Notes under the pieces: generated by a model
Databases searched by the model: none
The model's input: only the letters and a program-made list of their open reading frames with translations
Told to the model about the DNA's origin: nothing
Shown here: positions 26,835 to 36,534 of the stretch, piece by piece
How positions within the stretch are numbered: position 1 is the first letter of the stretch
Layout of the letters: every line of letters begins with the position of its first letter
Position numbers and translations under genes: made by a program
Source of the DNA: Bryobacterales bacterium
GTDB taxonomy: Bacteria; Acidobacteriota; Terriglobia; Bryobacterales; UBA6623
Assembly: GCA_965204095.1 (NCBI GenBank)
Contig: OZ241991.1
Location: 2,576,290 to 2,640,289, forward strand
Length of the DNA stretch: 64,000 bases
Reading direction: 5' to 3'

Positions 26835-27908
26835 ATGCCGGTCGTGCGGCTGCTGAGCGTGTTCCTGATCGCCGCTCTGGTTGCGGCGCAGGCGCCGCTG
26901 ACCTATCCGCAATTGCAAGATCTGCTGAAGTCATCGATCGAGCAGAATCTGCAGGACAAAGAGATCGCGAAGTATCTCAAGAATCAGAAATTCGGTTTCG
27001 AGTTGACGGATGCTCTGATCGAGGAGTTCCAGGGTTGGGGCATTGGCCCGCGGACCCTGCGAACCCTGCGCGAGCTGCAACCGGCTACCAAGGGATTGTC
27101 GGCCGCCAAGGCCCCTGCTGCCAGCGAGGCGCCGAAAGCTCCCGAGCAACCGCCCCCATCACCGGAAGAGCAGGAGCGAATCATCGAGGAAGCGCGCTCC
27201 TACGCGCTGGACTACACCTCCCGCCTGCCGGATTTCATCTGCCTGCAGATCACGCGCCGCTTCATCGACCCGAGCGGCCTGGAGATGGATTGGCTCAAGC
27301 AGGACGAGATCAAGACAAGGGTCAGCTACTTCGATTCACACGAGAACTATGAAGTCGTCAGCATCAACAACAAGCTGACGGACGCCGGTATCTTCGAACT
27401 CGGCGGAGCCGTCAGCACGGGGGAGTTCGGCAGTATGTTGGCGGAACTCTTCGATCCGAAGACACAAGCGGATTTCCGGTGGGCGCGACACTCGCTGCTG
27501 CGCGGACGCGGCGTCTACGTGTTCGAGTTTCAGGTGCCCCGGCACCGTTCCCGATGGTCGCTGACTTTCGAGAAGACGAATTCGATCATCACCGGATACC
27601 GCGGGCTGGTCTATGTCGACAAGGAAACCGAGCGAGTGCTCCGCATCTACATGCAGGCGGAGAATATCCCGACGGACTTCCCGATTCAACTCGCCCAGTC
27701 GCGTCTGGACTACGATTTCACGAAGATCAGCGGCGAGAGTTTTCTTCTCCCTTTGAAGGCGCGGATGCGCATGCGGCAGGGCCGGTACCTGTCGAGGAAT
27801 GACGTCGAGTTCCGTCTGTATCGCAAGTTCGCCGTCGATGCGGAAATCTCCTTCGACGAAGCTGAGAGCCTCGAACCGCTGCCCGAGGAACCTCCCTCCA
27901 GCCCGTAG
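26835..27908 (+). CDS. Hypothetical secreted protein
   Basis: The ORF is 357 aa with signal peptide MPVVRLLSVFLIAALVAAQA and a Pro/Ala-rich linker. The codon pattern is coherent. Confidence 0.65.
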   Translation: MPVVRLLSVFLIAALVAAQAPLTYPQLQDLLKSSIEQNLQDKEIAKYLKNQKFGFELTDALIEEFQGWGIGPRTLRTLRELQPATKGLSAAKAPAASEAPKAPEQPPPSPEEQERIIEEARSYALDYTSRLPDFICLQITRRFIDPSGLEMDWLKQDEIKTRVSYFDSHENYEVVSINNKLTDAGIFELGGAVSTGEFGSMLAELFDPKTQADFRWARHSLLRGRGVYVFEFQVPRHRSRWSLTFEKTNSIITGYRGLVYVDKETERVLRIYMQAENIPTDFPIQLAQSRLDYDFTKISGESFLLPLKARMRMRQGRYLSRNDVEFRLYRKFAVDAEISFDEAESLEPLPEEPPSSP

Positions 27909-27971
27909 CCGGCGCATCGGAGAGTTCGCCTCGAAACCCGCCCGGCCTGCGGAATACCAAGTGGAACCAGT

Positions 27972-28862
27972 TTAGACCGCTTCCGCGTGCAAGAGTTTGG
28001 AAGCGAGCTGGTCGGAGTGGACCAGTTCATAGCAGGAGGCATCGCTGAGGATCTGTTTCACCAAGGCCGTGTGCATGGCGTGACCGGCGTGTTCGGCGAC
28101 AACATGTCCCAGCAAAGGCCGGCCCAGCAGGGCGAGGTCTCCGATGAGATCGAGCACCTTGTGCCGGCAGCACTCGTCCGGGAAGCGGAGCCCCTCCGGG
28201 TTCAGGACGCCGTCTGGCCCGAAACAGACGGCGTTCTCGAGCGACGCTCCGCGAATCAGCCCCATGTCGCGCATCCGATCGAGGTCCCGCTCGAATCCGA
28301 ACGTGCGCGCCGGAGCGATCTCCCGCGCGTAACGTTCGGGCGTGACAACCATCTCCAGCGTCTGGCGACCCGCGAGTGCGTGTCCATAGTCGGTCTCACA
28401 GGTGATGGCGAAATGGTCCGCGGGGTGGATCACGATCGTTTTCTTCCCCTCGCGCACTCCGACGGTATTGAGAATGCGGAGGTAGGTGCGGGGCCTGCTC
28501 AGTTCCCGGACGCCTGCGTTGCGGATCAACTCGACGAATGGCTTCCCACTGCCGTCGAGGATGGGCAACTCGAGATTGTCGATCTCCACGCGCGCGTTGT
28601 CGATGCCGAGGCTGTAGAACACACTGAGCAGGTGCTCGGTCGTCGAGAGCAGCACTCCTTGCCGCATCAGGCTCGTCGCATAGCTGACGCGGGCGATGTG
28701 CCTGGCTACGGCAGGCAGTTCGAAGCTGTCGAGATCCGTCCGGCTGAATACGACTCCCTTGCCGGCGCGGGCCGGCAACAGCCGCATTCTGACCTTGACA
28801 CCGCTGTGGAGTCCGATCCCCGAGGCTTCAACGGGGCTGTCGATGGTTCTCTCGAGATCCAA
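27972..28862 (-). CDS. lpxC: UDP-3-O-acyl-N-acetylglucosamine deacetylase
   Basis: The full-length protein is LpxC-like: GIGLHSG, TTEHLLS, ELPILDGS, and HKVLDLIGDLAL with HAGH. Confidence 0.95.
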   Translation of the reverse strand: MDLERTIDSPVEASGIGLHSGVKVRMRLLPARAGKGVVFSRTDLDSFELPAVARHIARVSYATSLMRQGVLLSTTEHLLSVFYSLGIDNARVEIDNLELPILDGSGKPFVELIRNAGVRELSRPRTYLRILNTVGVREGKKTIVIHPADHFAITCETDYGHALAGRQTLEMVVTPERYAREIAPARTFGFERDLDRMRDMGLIRGASLENAVCFGPDGVLNPEGLRFPDECCRHKVLDLIGDLALLGRPLLGHVVAEHAGHAMHTALVKQILSDASCYELVHSDQLASKLLHAEAV

Positions 28863-29046
28863 GAAACTCCTCCTGCACGAAAAACCGGAGCTGTACGATT
28901 CTCCACTTGCACTTGCCTGGCCAATGTCAAGTTACTGATTCCAAACAAAGAAAAGAAGCCTTGGTGTGTCTATTCTACAACACCTGCGTTGCCTCTTCCG
29001 ATGAGACGATTCCGTTTCGGCAGCGGCAAGGCGTATCTACGTTGGA

Positions 29047-29709
29047 TCAGTTGATGACGACGACGGCGCGTTCGGGTTCAAGATGAACGGCGCGGATGGT
29101 CTCGGGAAGCGAGACTCGATTGGCGGGTCCGGAACCAGGGTCCGTATCGGAAATCGTGGCGGCGATGAGCCAATCGAGCAAGGCTCCCGGCAGGATGGTG
29201 TCTCCGAACTGAACGCTTTCGATTTCGACGAAGGCTCGGCCGTCTGCGGAGCGCAGCCGGAACTTGGCGTTGAGCTCTCTTTCGCCGCTGAACAACAGAG
29301 CCCATAGCCCTTCCGCCGGCCGGCCGGCCGCCTGTTGCATCTTTCCGATGTCGATGGAGGCGTGGAGGGTCGCGTGATCCTGGAAAAGCCGCACGCTCGG
29401 ATCGCGAACTCCCGCGGGTGTCTCGGCTTCGTATTCGTACTTCAGCAGAGAGTTGACCTCGGCCTCCGTAAAGACGACGGCCTCTCCGGGCATCGTTTCG
29501 CCTTTCTCGATGCGCTCGACTTTTTGCCGTGCGCTCCGGCCCAACTCCGGTGAGAGAGAGGACGGTAAGGCAAGCGCGGTTGCGCCCAGGGCAAGTGCGG
29601 CGAGAGGCAGGACTCCCCGTCGCAATGGTGCGATGGCTCGTGTCGAGCTGATCGCCCGCTGGTCCCTCGAAACGAGCTGTCCGCTTGAACTTCGGAGCGC
29701 CGGCCTCAT
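29047..29709 (-). CDS. Hypothetical membrane-anchored/secreted protein, coupled to rnc
   Basis: ATG 29709 overlaps the rnc stop as TGATG. It has the hydrophobic segment VLPLAALALGATALALP. The longer track ORF overlaps rnc and is unlikely. Confidence 0.6.
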   Translation of the reverse strand: MRPALRSSSGQLVSRDQRAISSTRAIAPLRRGVLPLAALALGATALALPSSLSPELGRSARQKVERIEKGETMPGEAVVFTEAEVNSLLKYEYEAETPAGVRDPSVRLFQDHATLHASIDIGKMQQAAGRPAEGLWALLFSGERELNAKFRLRSADGRAFVEIESVQFGDTILPGALLDWLIAATISDTDPGSGPANRVSLPETIRAVHLEPERAVVVIN

Positions 29710-30515
29710 CACGCCTCGTCGGTGGCGGGATCGGCGCAGCTCTCTCTGACTTCGCCGCCACGATCGCGGAAGAACTTCACGGCTTGCCGCGCCGCATCCT
29801 GTTCGGCCGCTTTCTTTGTCCAGCCGCCTGCGGTGGCCTCGAAGAGGCTGCCGACTTTCAGTGCGACCTGGAACCATCGACGGTGATCAGGTCCGCTGGT
29901 GGAGACGACCTCATACTCGGGCCAGGGCAGATTGTTCTTCTGTAGCCATTCCTGCAAAGCCGACTTGTGAGCGGTCTTGTCCTCCAGCCGCGCCTTTTCA
30001 ATGGCGTCGTTCGAGAGAACCAGGCTCGTTACGAGCCGCCGGGCGGCGGGAATGCCCCCATCCAGATAGACGGCAGCGATCAAAGCTTCGAACCCATCGG
30101 CCAAGAGTGTCTTCTTGTCGCGGCCTCCAGTGCGTTCCTCGCCCGGCCCCAGCCACAAGAACGAGCCGAGTTCGATGCGCCTTGCCGCTGCCTCGAGGTG
30201 CGCCCCGTTGACAAGGATGGATTTGAGCTGCGTGAGCTGCCCTTCCGTGTAGTCCGGGAATCGATTCATGAGTTCGTCGCTTGCGAGAAACCCCAGTACG
30301 GCGTCGCCCAGAAACTCGAACCGTTCGTTGTAGGAGCCATCGTCCCGGGCCGCGGATTCCTGCCAATACGAACGGTGGGTAAGAGCTTCTTCGAGGTAGG
30401 AGCGATCAGAGAAGGAATAGCCGATCCGGCTCTCCAACTCGGTCAAAGCCGCGGGTTTCGCCGCCGCCAAGACGGGTTCCTCCTGTCCGCCCATAGACGC
30501 GCTCGAATGCGGCAT
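29709..30515 (-). CDS. rnc: Ribonuclease III
   Basis: It has the signature ALTHRSY..NERFEFLGDAVLG and a C-terminal dsRBD. Confidence 0.95.
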   Translation of the reverse strand: MPHSSASMGGQEEPVLAAAKPAALTELESRIGYSFSDRSYLEEALTHRSYWQESAARDDGSYNERFEFLGDAVLGFLASDELMNRFPDYTEGQLTQLKSILVNGAHLEAAARRIELGSFLWLGPGEERTGGRDKKTLLADGFEALIAAVYLDGGIPAARRLVTSLVLSNDAIEKARLEDKTAHKSALQEWLQKNNLPWPEYEVVSTSGPDHRRWFQVALKVGSLFEATAGGWTKKAAEQDAARQAVKFFRDRGGEVRESCADPATDEA

Positions 30516-30624
30516 CGAATGGACTTGCTCGAAAGGTTGGTTGTCTCTTCGCGGAACACGTCAGAACGGCGCACGATATCCGCCCGGTTGGGGTGCGAAC
30601 TGAGGCTTGCTCTCACGAAAGCGG

Positions 30625-31551
30625 CTAAGGCTGCGCCGCCGGTGTGGCTGGAGCGGCAGCACCCGGCGCCGTACCCGCACTCTCGGCCGGAGGCGCCTTG
30701 CTCAATGCGATCTCCGCTTTAAGGATCGCCGCCGCGTCACGGCCGTTCGGTAGCTTGAACCCGCCCCGGGCAATGGACTGGTCGAGCATGCCAAGGGCTT
30801 CGTCATTCTTGCCCTGTTCCTTCAGTGCCTTGGCAATTTGGTAGAACAGTTCGCTGGTCTGTTTGTTAGCAATTTGCAGGGCCTGCCGGTAAGACTGCTC
30901 CATCGCCGTCCAATCCTCGCGCTTCGCGGCAACAGCCCCCAGCGAGCTATGAGCATTGGACATCAGGTCCTTCTTTTCGAGCAGCCAGTCATCATCGGTC
31001 ATCAGATCCGGATTGGGATTCTCCGCGCGCGGAATGATGTCGAGCGCCCTCATTGCGTACGACTCGGCCTGCGACAGCTTTTCCTCTTTGTCAAGATCGT
31101 GCTGTCGCGTTCGGATCGGCAGAACGTAGGAAAGCGCCAACAGGGTGCCAATGTTATCAGGGTTCTCTTCCAGTACGAGTTCGCCGTACGTCAACATATT
31201 CTCGAAGTCGTTTAGCCGCTGATAACCGAGTGTCGTGAAAAAGAGTGCGTTTTCCTTATATTCGGTGTCTTTGTACTCGACAAGCAGCTTCTGGCAATAG
31301 TTGATGCTGCGATCCGGGATCTGAGGGGCTGCGGTACAGGATGCCCAAAGCGCATACTCCCTGAACGCGCTCTTGGGATGGTTGTCGAGGAAAATCTCAC
31401 ACGAGTCGACGCGAGACTCAATATCGGGTGCGCCCATGCAGGCGTTGATATCATCGGCTTCCTTCTGCGACTTCGGTCGCGGTAGGTCCTGAGCCAGCGC
31501 AGGAAACGCCAGCATCGCGGTCAATAGCAAACATACACCTGCACGAATCAT
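30625..31551 (-). CDS. Secreted TPR-repeat protein
   Basis: It has signal peptide MIRAGVCLLLTAMLAFPALA and TPR-like helical repeats. Confidence 0.75.
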   Translation of the reverse strand: MIRAGVCLLLTAMLAFPALAQDLPRPKSQKEADDINACMGAPDIESRVDSCEIFLDNHPKSAFREYALWASCTAAPQIPDRSINYCQKLLVEYKDTEYKENALFFTTLGYQRLNDFENMLTYGELVLEENPDNIGTLLALSYVLPIRTRQHDLDKEEKLSQAESYAMRALDIIPRAENPNPDLMTDDDWLLEKKDLMSNAHSSLGAVAAKREDWTAMEQSYRQALQIANKQTSELFYQIAKALKEQGKNDEALGMLDQSIARGGFKLPNGRDAAAILKAEIALSKAPPAESAGTAPGAAAPATPAAQP

Positions 31552-31646
31552 TCGAATCTCCTTGTCGACGGCCCTTGCTGTGGGGCCGTATCCGAACTGT
31601 CTCTATTCTAACCGCTTTGCCGGAGCGGATTGCGCGCCGCGCCGGC

Positions 31647-33170
31647 TCACGGCTGCTGGTTCTCCTGCTCTTCGTCTTCTTCACGATCAACGCCGAACGC
31701 GTCTTCGAGTCCGCCTTCGGCCAACTCGCGGATGCGCGGCGACGGGTCGCCGACATCGAGCGCCAACTGATAGTGCTCGACGGCCTGCTCGCGGTTTCCC
31801 ATCAAGTCCTCGATGCGGGCGATGTAGACGTGCGACATGGCCCGTATATGGGTGTCATCCGCCAGGGCAATCGCCTTCTGGAAATGTTCGCGGGCCAAGT
31901 CCGGCTCGCCTTCGAAGGCCGCTACACGGGCCAAACCGTATTCGGCCTGTGCATTCCGTCCGCCGGCTTCAGCCAACGCCTCTTCGAACTTCGCGCGGGC
32001 TTGTTCCAGGTCTTCCAACCGGAAGTATCCCTCAGCTTCGTTCAGCAGCCGGTCCAGTTTACTGAGTTGGGGGCGTGCCGGCTGGGACGCCGGTTTCGGC
32101 TGCGCCTGCACGAACTCCGTGTTCTGCAGGCGCCGCGCCTCGGCCTTGGGGTCGATATTCTGAATCAGTTCTCGGTAGTAGCTCGAAAAGGTTTCCGGTT
32201 GCGCTTCGTACTCCGCCAGTTGCTCATAAAAGCAGGGCGTGAGAATAAAACCCTCCTTGAGGAATTGCTCGGCGCGCGCCTGCTTGTCCGCATCCGATGC
32301 GCCGGACAACCTCACGTCCACCGCGTTGGCCAGCGATTTCGATACCAGGAGCTGAAAGTTCGATTTGTAGATCTCGCTCAGGGCCGGAGCAAATAGAGCA
32401 AAGCGGGAGAGTATTTCCTTCTTTGCAATTTCCTCGGCGTGTCGGATCGACATCGGATCCAGCAGGTGCATCAGAAATGCCTGTCGGATCTGATCGAGGC
32501 GCAGCTTGTTCGAGGCCTGCAGCACCACTTGAATCTCCCCGCCGTAGCTTCTCGACGTTACCTGATTCGGCGCTCCCATGAGTGAGAAGTAGATCTTGAA
32601 ACTGCGCATTTGCTGGCTCGTCGGGGAGAACCGCAGGTAAGCGCCGGTCCGCAGCAGCATTTCAATCAGAGGCTGTTGATAGCGGGCGATCTCGTTGTCA
32701 TAGGCCGGCTGATAGCGGTCCCAAAGCTCTTCGATGCCGGCCTCTTGGTAGAACTCGGACAGGATCGGGCTCAGCGCGCGGAGCCGCCGGACACTCGGCG
32801 GAAGATCGGTTGGCAGATTCGCCGTGACCTCAAACGAAGGGGGGCCGTTGCAGGTCAACGCGAAGGTGATGTACTGCGTCAGATTGCTGACGGGGTCATC
32901 GCGCAGAAACTGCTGATAGAAGTTCCCGAGCTGCGTGCGGCTATGCCCGCGGAAGTCTTTCAGGTCGTCCCGCACGACCCGCCGGACGACGCTGTCGGAC
33001 GGTGAGCCCAAACCATTGTCGTACCCGGAGATGTTAATCGCCGTCAGCACGGTGAACAGGCGGATGTCGGTCAGAAGCTGGTCGCCTTCGTTCTGCTGCG
33101 CTGCAAGGTCGGCGGCAGCGTGGGTGCACAATGCAGCCGCTATCAGAACGAGTGTGCCGACTCGGTGCAT
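31647..33170 (-). CDS. Hypothetical secreted protein with C-terminal TPR repeats
   Basis: The ORF is 507 aa with a signal peptide. The C-terminal segment AEGYFRLEDLEQARAKFEEAL...YGLARVAAFEGEPDLAREHFQKAI is TPR-like. Confidence 0.7.
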   Translation of the reverse strand: MHRVGTLVLIAAALCTHAAADLAAQQNEGDQLLTDIRLFTVLTAINISGYDNGLGSPSDSVVRRVVRDDLKDFRGHSRTQLGNFYQQFLRDDPVSNLTQYITFALTCNGPPSFEVTANLPTDLPPSVRRLRALSPILSEFYQEAGIEELWDRYQPAYDNEIARYQQPLIEMLLRTGAYLRFSPTSQQMRSFKIYFSLMGAPNQVTSRSYGGEIQVVLQASNKLRLDQIRQAFLMHLLDPMSIRHAEEIAKKEILSRFALFAPALSEIYKSNFQLLVSKSLANAVDVRLSGASDADKQARAEQFLKEGFILTPCFYEQLAEYEAQPETFSSYYRELIQNIDPKAEARRLQNTEFVQAQPKPASQPARPQLSKLDRLLNEAEGYFRLEDLEQARAKFEEALAEAGGRNAQAEYGLARVAAFEGEPDLAREHFQKAIALADDTHIRAMSHVYIARIEDLMGNREQAVEHYQLALDVGDPSPRIRELAEGGLEDAFGVDREEDEEQENQQP

Positions 33171-33417
33171 GGTTGTGGGAGGAGCGAATACCGCTGCGGG
33201 CTACCGTTAGTCTAGTGGACGTTTTCTCAAAGCGTCCACGCAGAGCGCTCTGCGGTGAATAAGATTTCAGCGCGCGCGACGCCACGCTCTCCTCACAAGC
33301 CAGCCGGAAGCGGCGCGTGACCCTTTGGGCGACCGACATTTGCGTTCCGGCGGCGGCGATGCGGACGGGATGCCCGCCTGCCTGGCAAGCAGTCAGGCGA
33401 TTTCCATGGAACTTCCC

Positions 33418-33708
33418 CTACGGACTATTTGTGTCACTCACAGCCGACATGAAACGGGATTCATTCTCCGCTATAAGATCCCAGCCTCGCTCTTCGACAG
33501 AGATTAAGCTCTCCATCCCATCGATCAGCCGCTTCTTCCAAAGACTTCTGAGCACAAGACCAAAGCGCATGCCGGGTATCTGCACCCTGGAGTGGATATC
33601 CTCTCTGGAAGCATACGAACCGGCGTTCAAATCCGCAATGATTGCGAGAACTCGGATTTCGTCGTTGCTGAGATCGCTGATCGCCACCTTCTTATTCATC
33701 TTGTTCAT
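33418..33708 (-). CDS. Small hypothetical protein, possibly winged-helix, in a low-GC patch
   Basis: GGGGAG lies 4 nt before ATG 33708. The product is ~96 aa. GC is ~50% against >60% in the surroundings. The fold assignment is only a guess. Confidence 0.45.
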   Translation of the reverse strand: MNKMNKKVAISDLSNDEIRVLAIIADLNAGSYASREDIHSRVQIPGMRFGLVLRSLWKKRLIDGMESLISVEERGWDLIAENESRFMSAVSDTNSP

Positions 33709-33872
33709 TGTCTCCCCATTCAGAAACGGCAAGCTCTAAGCTCATCCGACAGCACCGGTGCGAATTGCCGACTCCAACGCCGGTTGGCGGGTTTCGTCGC
33801 CCTGGCACGCGCGGTCCATCAGGAGCGCCAAGTTGACATCTTGCTGAAAATGACCACTCCTGCCACGGGCTG

Positions 33873-35159
33873 CTACAACCAGCGTTGGAATGCCTTGCGG
33901 CCGGCGTAGACGGCTCTGTCGCCGAGTTCGGTTTCGATCTCCAACAGGCGATTGTACTTGGCGGTCCGTTCTCCGCGGCAGGTCGAACCGGTCTTGATCT
34001 GCCCGCTCCCGGTGGCCACTGCCAGATCCGCGATGGTGGTATCGGATGTCTCGCCCGAGCGATGAGAAATGATGTACGTGTATTCGTTGGTCCTGGCGAT
34101 CTCGATGCACTGCAGAGTTTCCGTCAGCGTTCCGATTTGGTTGAGCTTGATCAGAATCGAGTTCCCCAAGCCTTCAGCAATGCCCTGCTTGAAGATGGCC
34201 GGGTTCGTAACGAACAAGTCATCGCCTACGAGCTGCAACTTGCTGCCGAGCTTCGGCGTGGCTTTCCGCCAGCCTCCGTGGTCCTCTTCGGAGAACGCGT
34301 CCTCGACCGAGATCAGCGGATACGCCTCCGCCCACCAGGCCCACATCTTGCTCATCTCGTCTGATGACCTTCGGCTGCCGTCCGACTGCGAGAAGACATA
34401 TGTCCCTTGCTCGTAGAACTCGCTCGATGCCGCATCGATCGCGATGGAGATGTGCCTGCCGGGCTTGTAGCCGGCCTGCCCGATCGCGCCGACCAACAAC
34501 TGCATCGGCTCCTCATTCGACTCGAGTCGCGGCGCGAATCCGCCCTCGTCGCCCACAGCGGTGGAATAGCCTTTCTTCGTGAGGATCGCCTGCAGCGAAT
34601 GGAATGTCTCGGTGACGGCGCGCAGCGCGTCGCTGAACTTGTTGAAACCGAGCGGCACGAGCATGAATTCCTGGATGTCGACATTGTTGTCCGCGTGTTC
34701 GCCGCCGTTGAGGACATTGACCATCGGCACCGGCAGGGTATAGGTTTCCGCGTCAGTGAGATGACGGTAGAGCGGGATCTGCTTTTCGTTGGCCATCGCC
34801 CTCGCGACCGCCAGTGAGACCCCGAGAATCGCGTTCGCGCCGATGCGGCCTTTGTTGACGGTGCCGTCGGCGGCTCTCAACTCTTCGTCGAGCCGTTGCT
34901 GATCATCGGCGTCAAAGCCGCGGACTGCGTCGAGCAGTTCGTTTCCGACGTTGCCGACAGCCTTCCGGACACCCTTGCCTCCGAAGCGCGTCTGGTCATT
35001 GTCGCGGAGCTCGACGGCCTCATGCATTCCGGTCGACGCGCCCGAAGGCACGCGGGCCGATCCGCTAGCGCCACTTTCCAGGGTCGCCGTGACCTGAACC
35101 GTCGGATTCCCTCGTGAGTCGAGAACTTCGAGCCCTTCCAGATTGCTGATCTTGGACAT
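33873..35159 (-). CDS. eno: Enolase (phosphopyruvate hydratase)
   Basis: The full-length match includes SRGNPTVQV, GASTG..EA.ELRD and the signature SHRSGETSDTTIADLAV. Confidence 0.97.
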   Translation of the reverse strand: MSKISNLEGLEVLDSRGNPTVQVTATLESGASGSARVPSGASTGMHEAVELRDNDQTRFGGKGVRKAVGNVGNELLDAVRGFDADDQQRLDEELRAADGTVNKGRIGANAILGVSLAVARAMANEKQIPLYRHLTDAETYTLPVPMVNVLNGGEHADNNVDIQEFMLVPLGFNKFSDALRAVTETFHSLQAILTKKGYSTAVGDEGGFAPRLESNEEPMQLLVGAIGQAGYKPGRHISIAIDAASSEFYEQGTYVFSQSDGSRRSSDEMSKMWAWWAEAYPLISVEDAFSEEDHGGWRKATPKLGSKLQLVGDDLFVTNPAIFKQGIAEGLGNSILIKLNQIGTLTETLQCIEIARTNEYTYIISHRSGETSDTTIADLAVATGSGQIKTGSTCRGERTAKYNRLLEIETELGDRAVYAGRKAFQRWL

Positions 35160-35482
35160 TCAGGATTCTTCCGGGTTGCCCGTGAACGAAGAAAATCCAG
35201 GGTAGCACGCAACCTGACAGAGCGCCGATCTCTTGCCGATCTCCGTCGGCTTGGCCGATCGGTGGGTAAACGTCGAGCCTTCTTCCGGAAACCCGACTCG
35301 GCCTCATCAAGAAATGCTGCACGTGTGCTACGGCCGCTTCCGCCTCGCAACCGCCCGGGTGGTTCAGCCAGAGCGGACTCTGATGGCTGTGGCCGAGGCC
35401 GGTGACTCCGAGCTTTTCCTTGCGAATCCCAACCGCACAAAGCTTGGCCGAAGACTGAAAAACGCTGCCTCTATGCCTCCGG

Positions 35483-36319
35483 CTATAACTGCGGAAACCA
35501 CAGCCGTCGAGCAGTCTCGCCGAGCACCTGGGCTCTCGCTTCATCGCTCAATGGCAAGGCCTCGGTGAAGATGCGCAAGTGCTCGGAGTAGGTGAGCTTC
35601 GGCGTCCACAGCGAGTTCGGGAAATTACTGCCCCAAACACAGCGCTCGGGCCCGTACGTATCGATGATTTTGAGCGCTGCCGCGTGCAGGTCGCTGCCGG
35701 GATAGCCCTGCTCGGTCCCGGTGCTGATGAAATCCACCTTGGCGTACAGGTTCTTGTACTTCGAGAGCCGCAGTACTTCACGGAGCACGGCCTCGTATTG
35801 GGGTCCGGGCTTGAGATCCATGCAGTGGCAGAAGCCCACCGTGATGTCGGGAAACTCCTTGAGCAGCTTCTCAGCCGATTCGACCCACTCGAGCCGCATC
35901 AGGAAAATGTCCACGCTCGCGCCGACATCCGCGCAGGTTCGCCACAGCTTGCTCACGCCGTCATGATCGAACGTCGTTCGTTGGTTCCCGGGCGTGCTGC
36001 GCAACGTTTTGACTCCATACTCGCGAACAAACTCCTCCAACAGACCAGGGCTGTGTGGGTCGTCGGGTTCCAGCGTGCAGACGCCCGCCATCCAACTCGG
36101 ATTGAGCTTCGCCGCGTCACACAGGTAACGGTTGTCGTAGTCGTAGAACGACACGGTGTGGACCGCCCGGACCGCAGAAACGCCGTTGGCGAGACTGGTG
36201 CGGCGGAGCTCATCGAGCGAGCCGGTGCCCTCCGGAACCCGCAACGGGTTGTTCGGCCGCGGAGGATAACGCTCCTCGTCCGGCGAAGTGATGTGAGCAT
36301 GGCAGTCGATGATCAGCAT
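35483..36319 (-). CDS. Amidohydrolase-2 family (PF04909-like) metal-dependent hydrolase
   Basis: The N-terminal MLIIDCHAH motif supports the call. I chose the start at the conserved MLIID; the track start 36427 adds non-conserved residues. Confidence 0.75.
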   Translation of the reverse strand: MLIIDCHAHITSPDEERYPPRPNNPLRVPEGTGSLDELRRTSLANGVSAVRAVHTVSFYDYDNRYLCDAAKLNPSWMAGVCTLEPDDPHSPGLLEEFVREYGVKTLRSTPGNQRTTFDHDGVSKLWRTCADVGASVDIFLMRLEWVESAEKLLKEFPDITVGFCHCMDLKPGPQYEAVLREVLRLSKYKNLYAKVDFISTGTEQGYPGSDLHAAALKIIDTYGPERCVWGSNFPNSLWTPKLTYSEHLRIFTEALPLSDEARAQVLGETARRLWFPQL

Positions 36320-36453
36320 TGACCCATTCCGGTCAGTTGTGGTGCTCTGCCATTCTACGGAAGAACGGACGGAAGGGAAACTACCGGGCAGTAGTCCGAT
36401 TTCATCGCCAACCTGGACCACGGACATCGCCGCGACGCAAAGGTAAACTGTTA

Positions 36454-36487
36454 GCCTGCATTCTCATCACGTGGCGAGAAATGCATG
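36454..36487. repeat. Minimal, imperfect hairpin copy of the palindromic-element termini
   Basis: The sequence is gcctgcattctcatcac gtggcgagaaatgcatg. It lies in the divergent region between 36319 and 36535. Confidence 0.6.
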
Positions 36488-36534
36488 TTGGTCCATCGCC
36501 TTCGACGTATCCGCCAAACGAGGAGACTTCCGGG

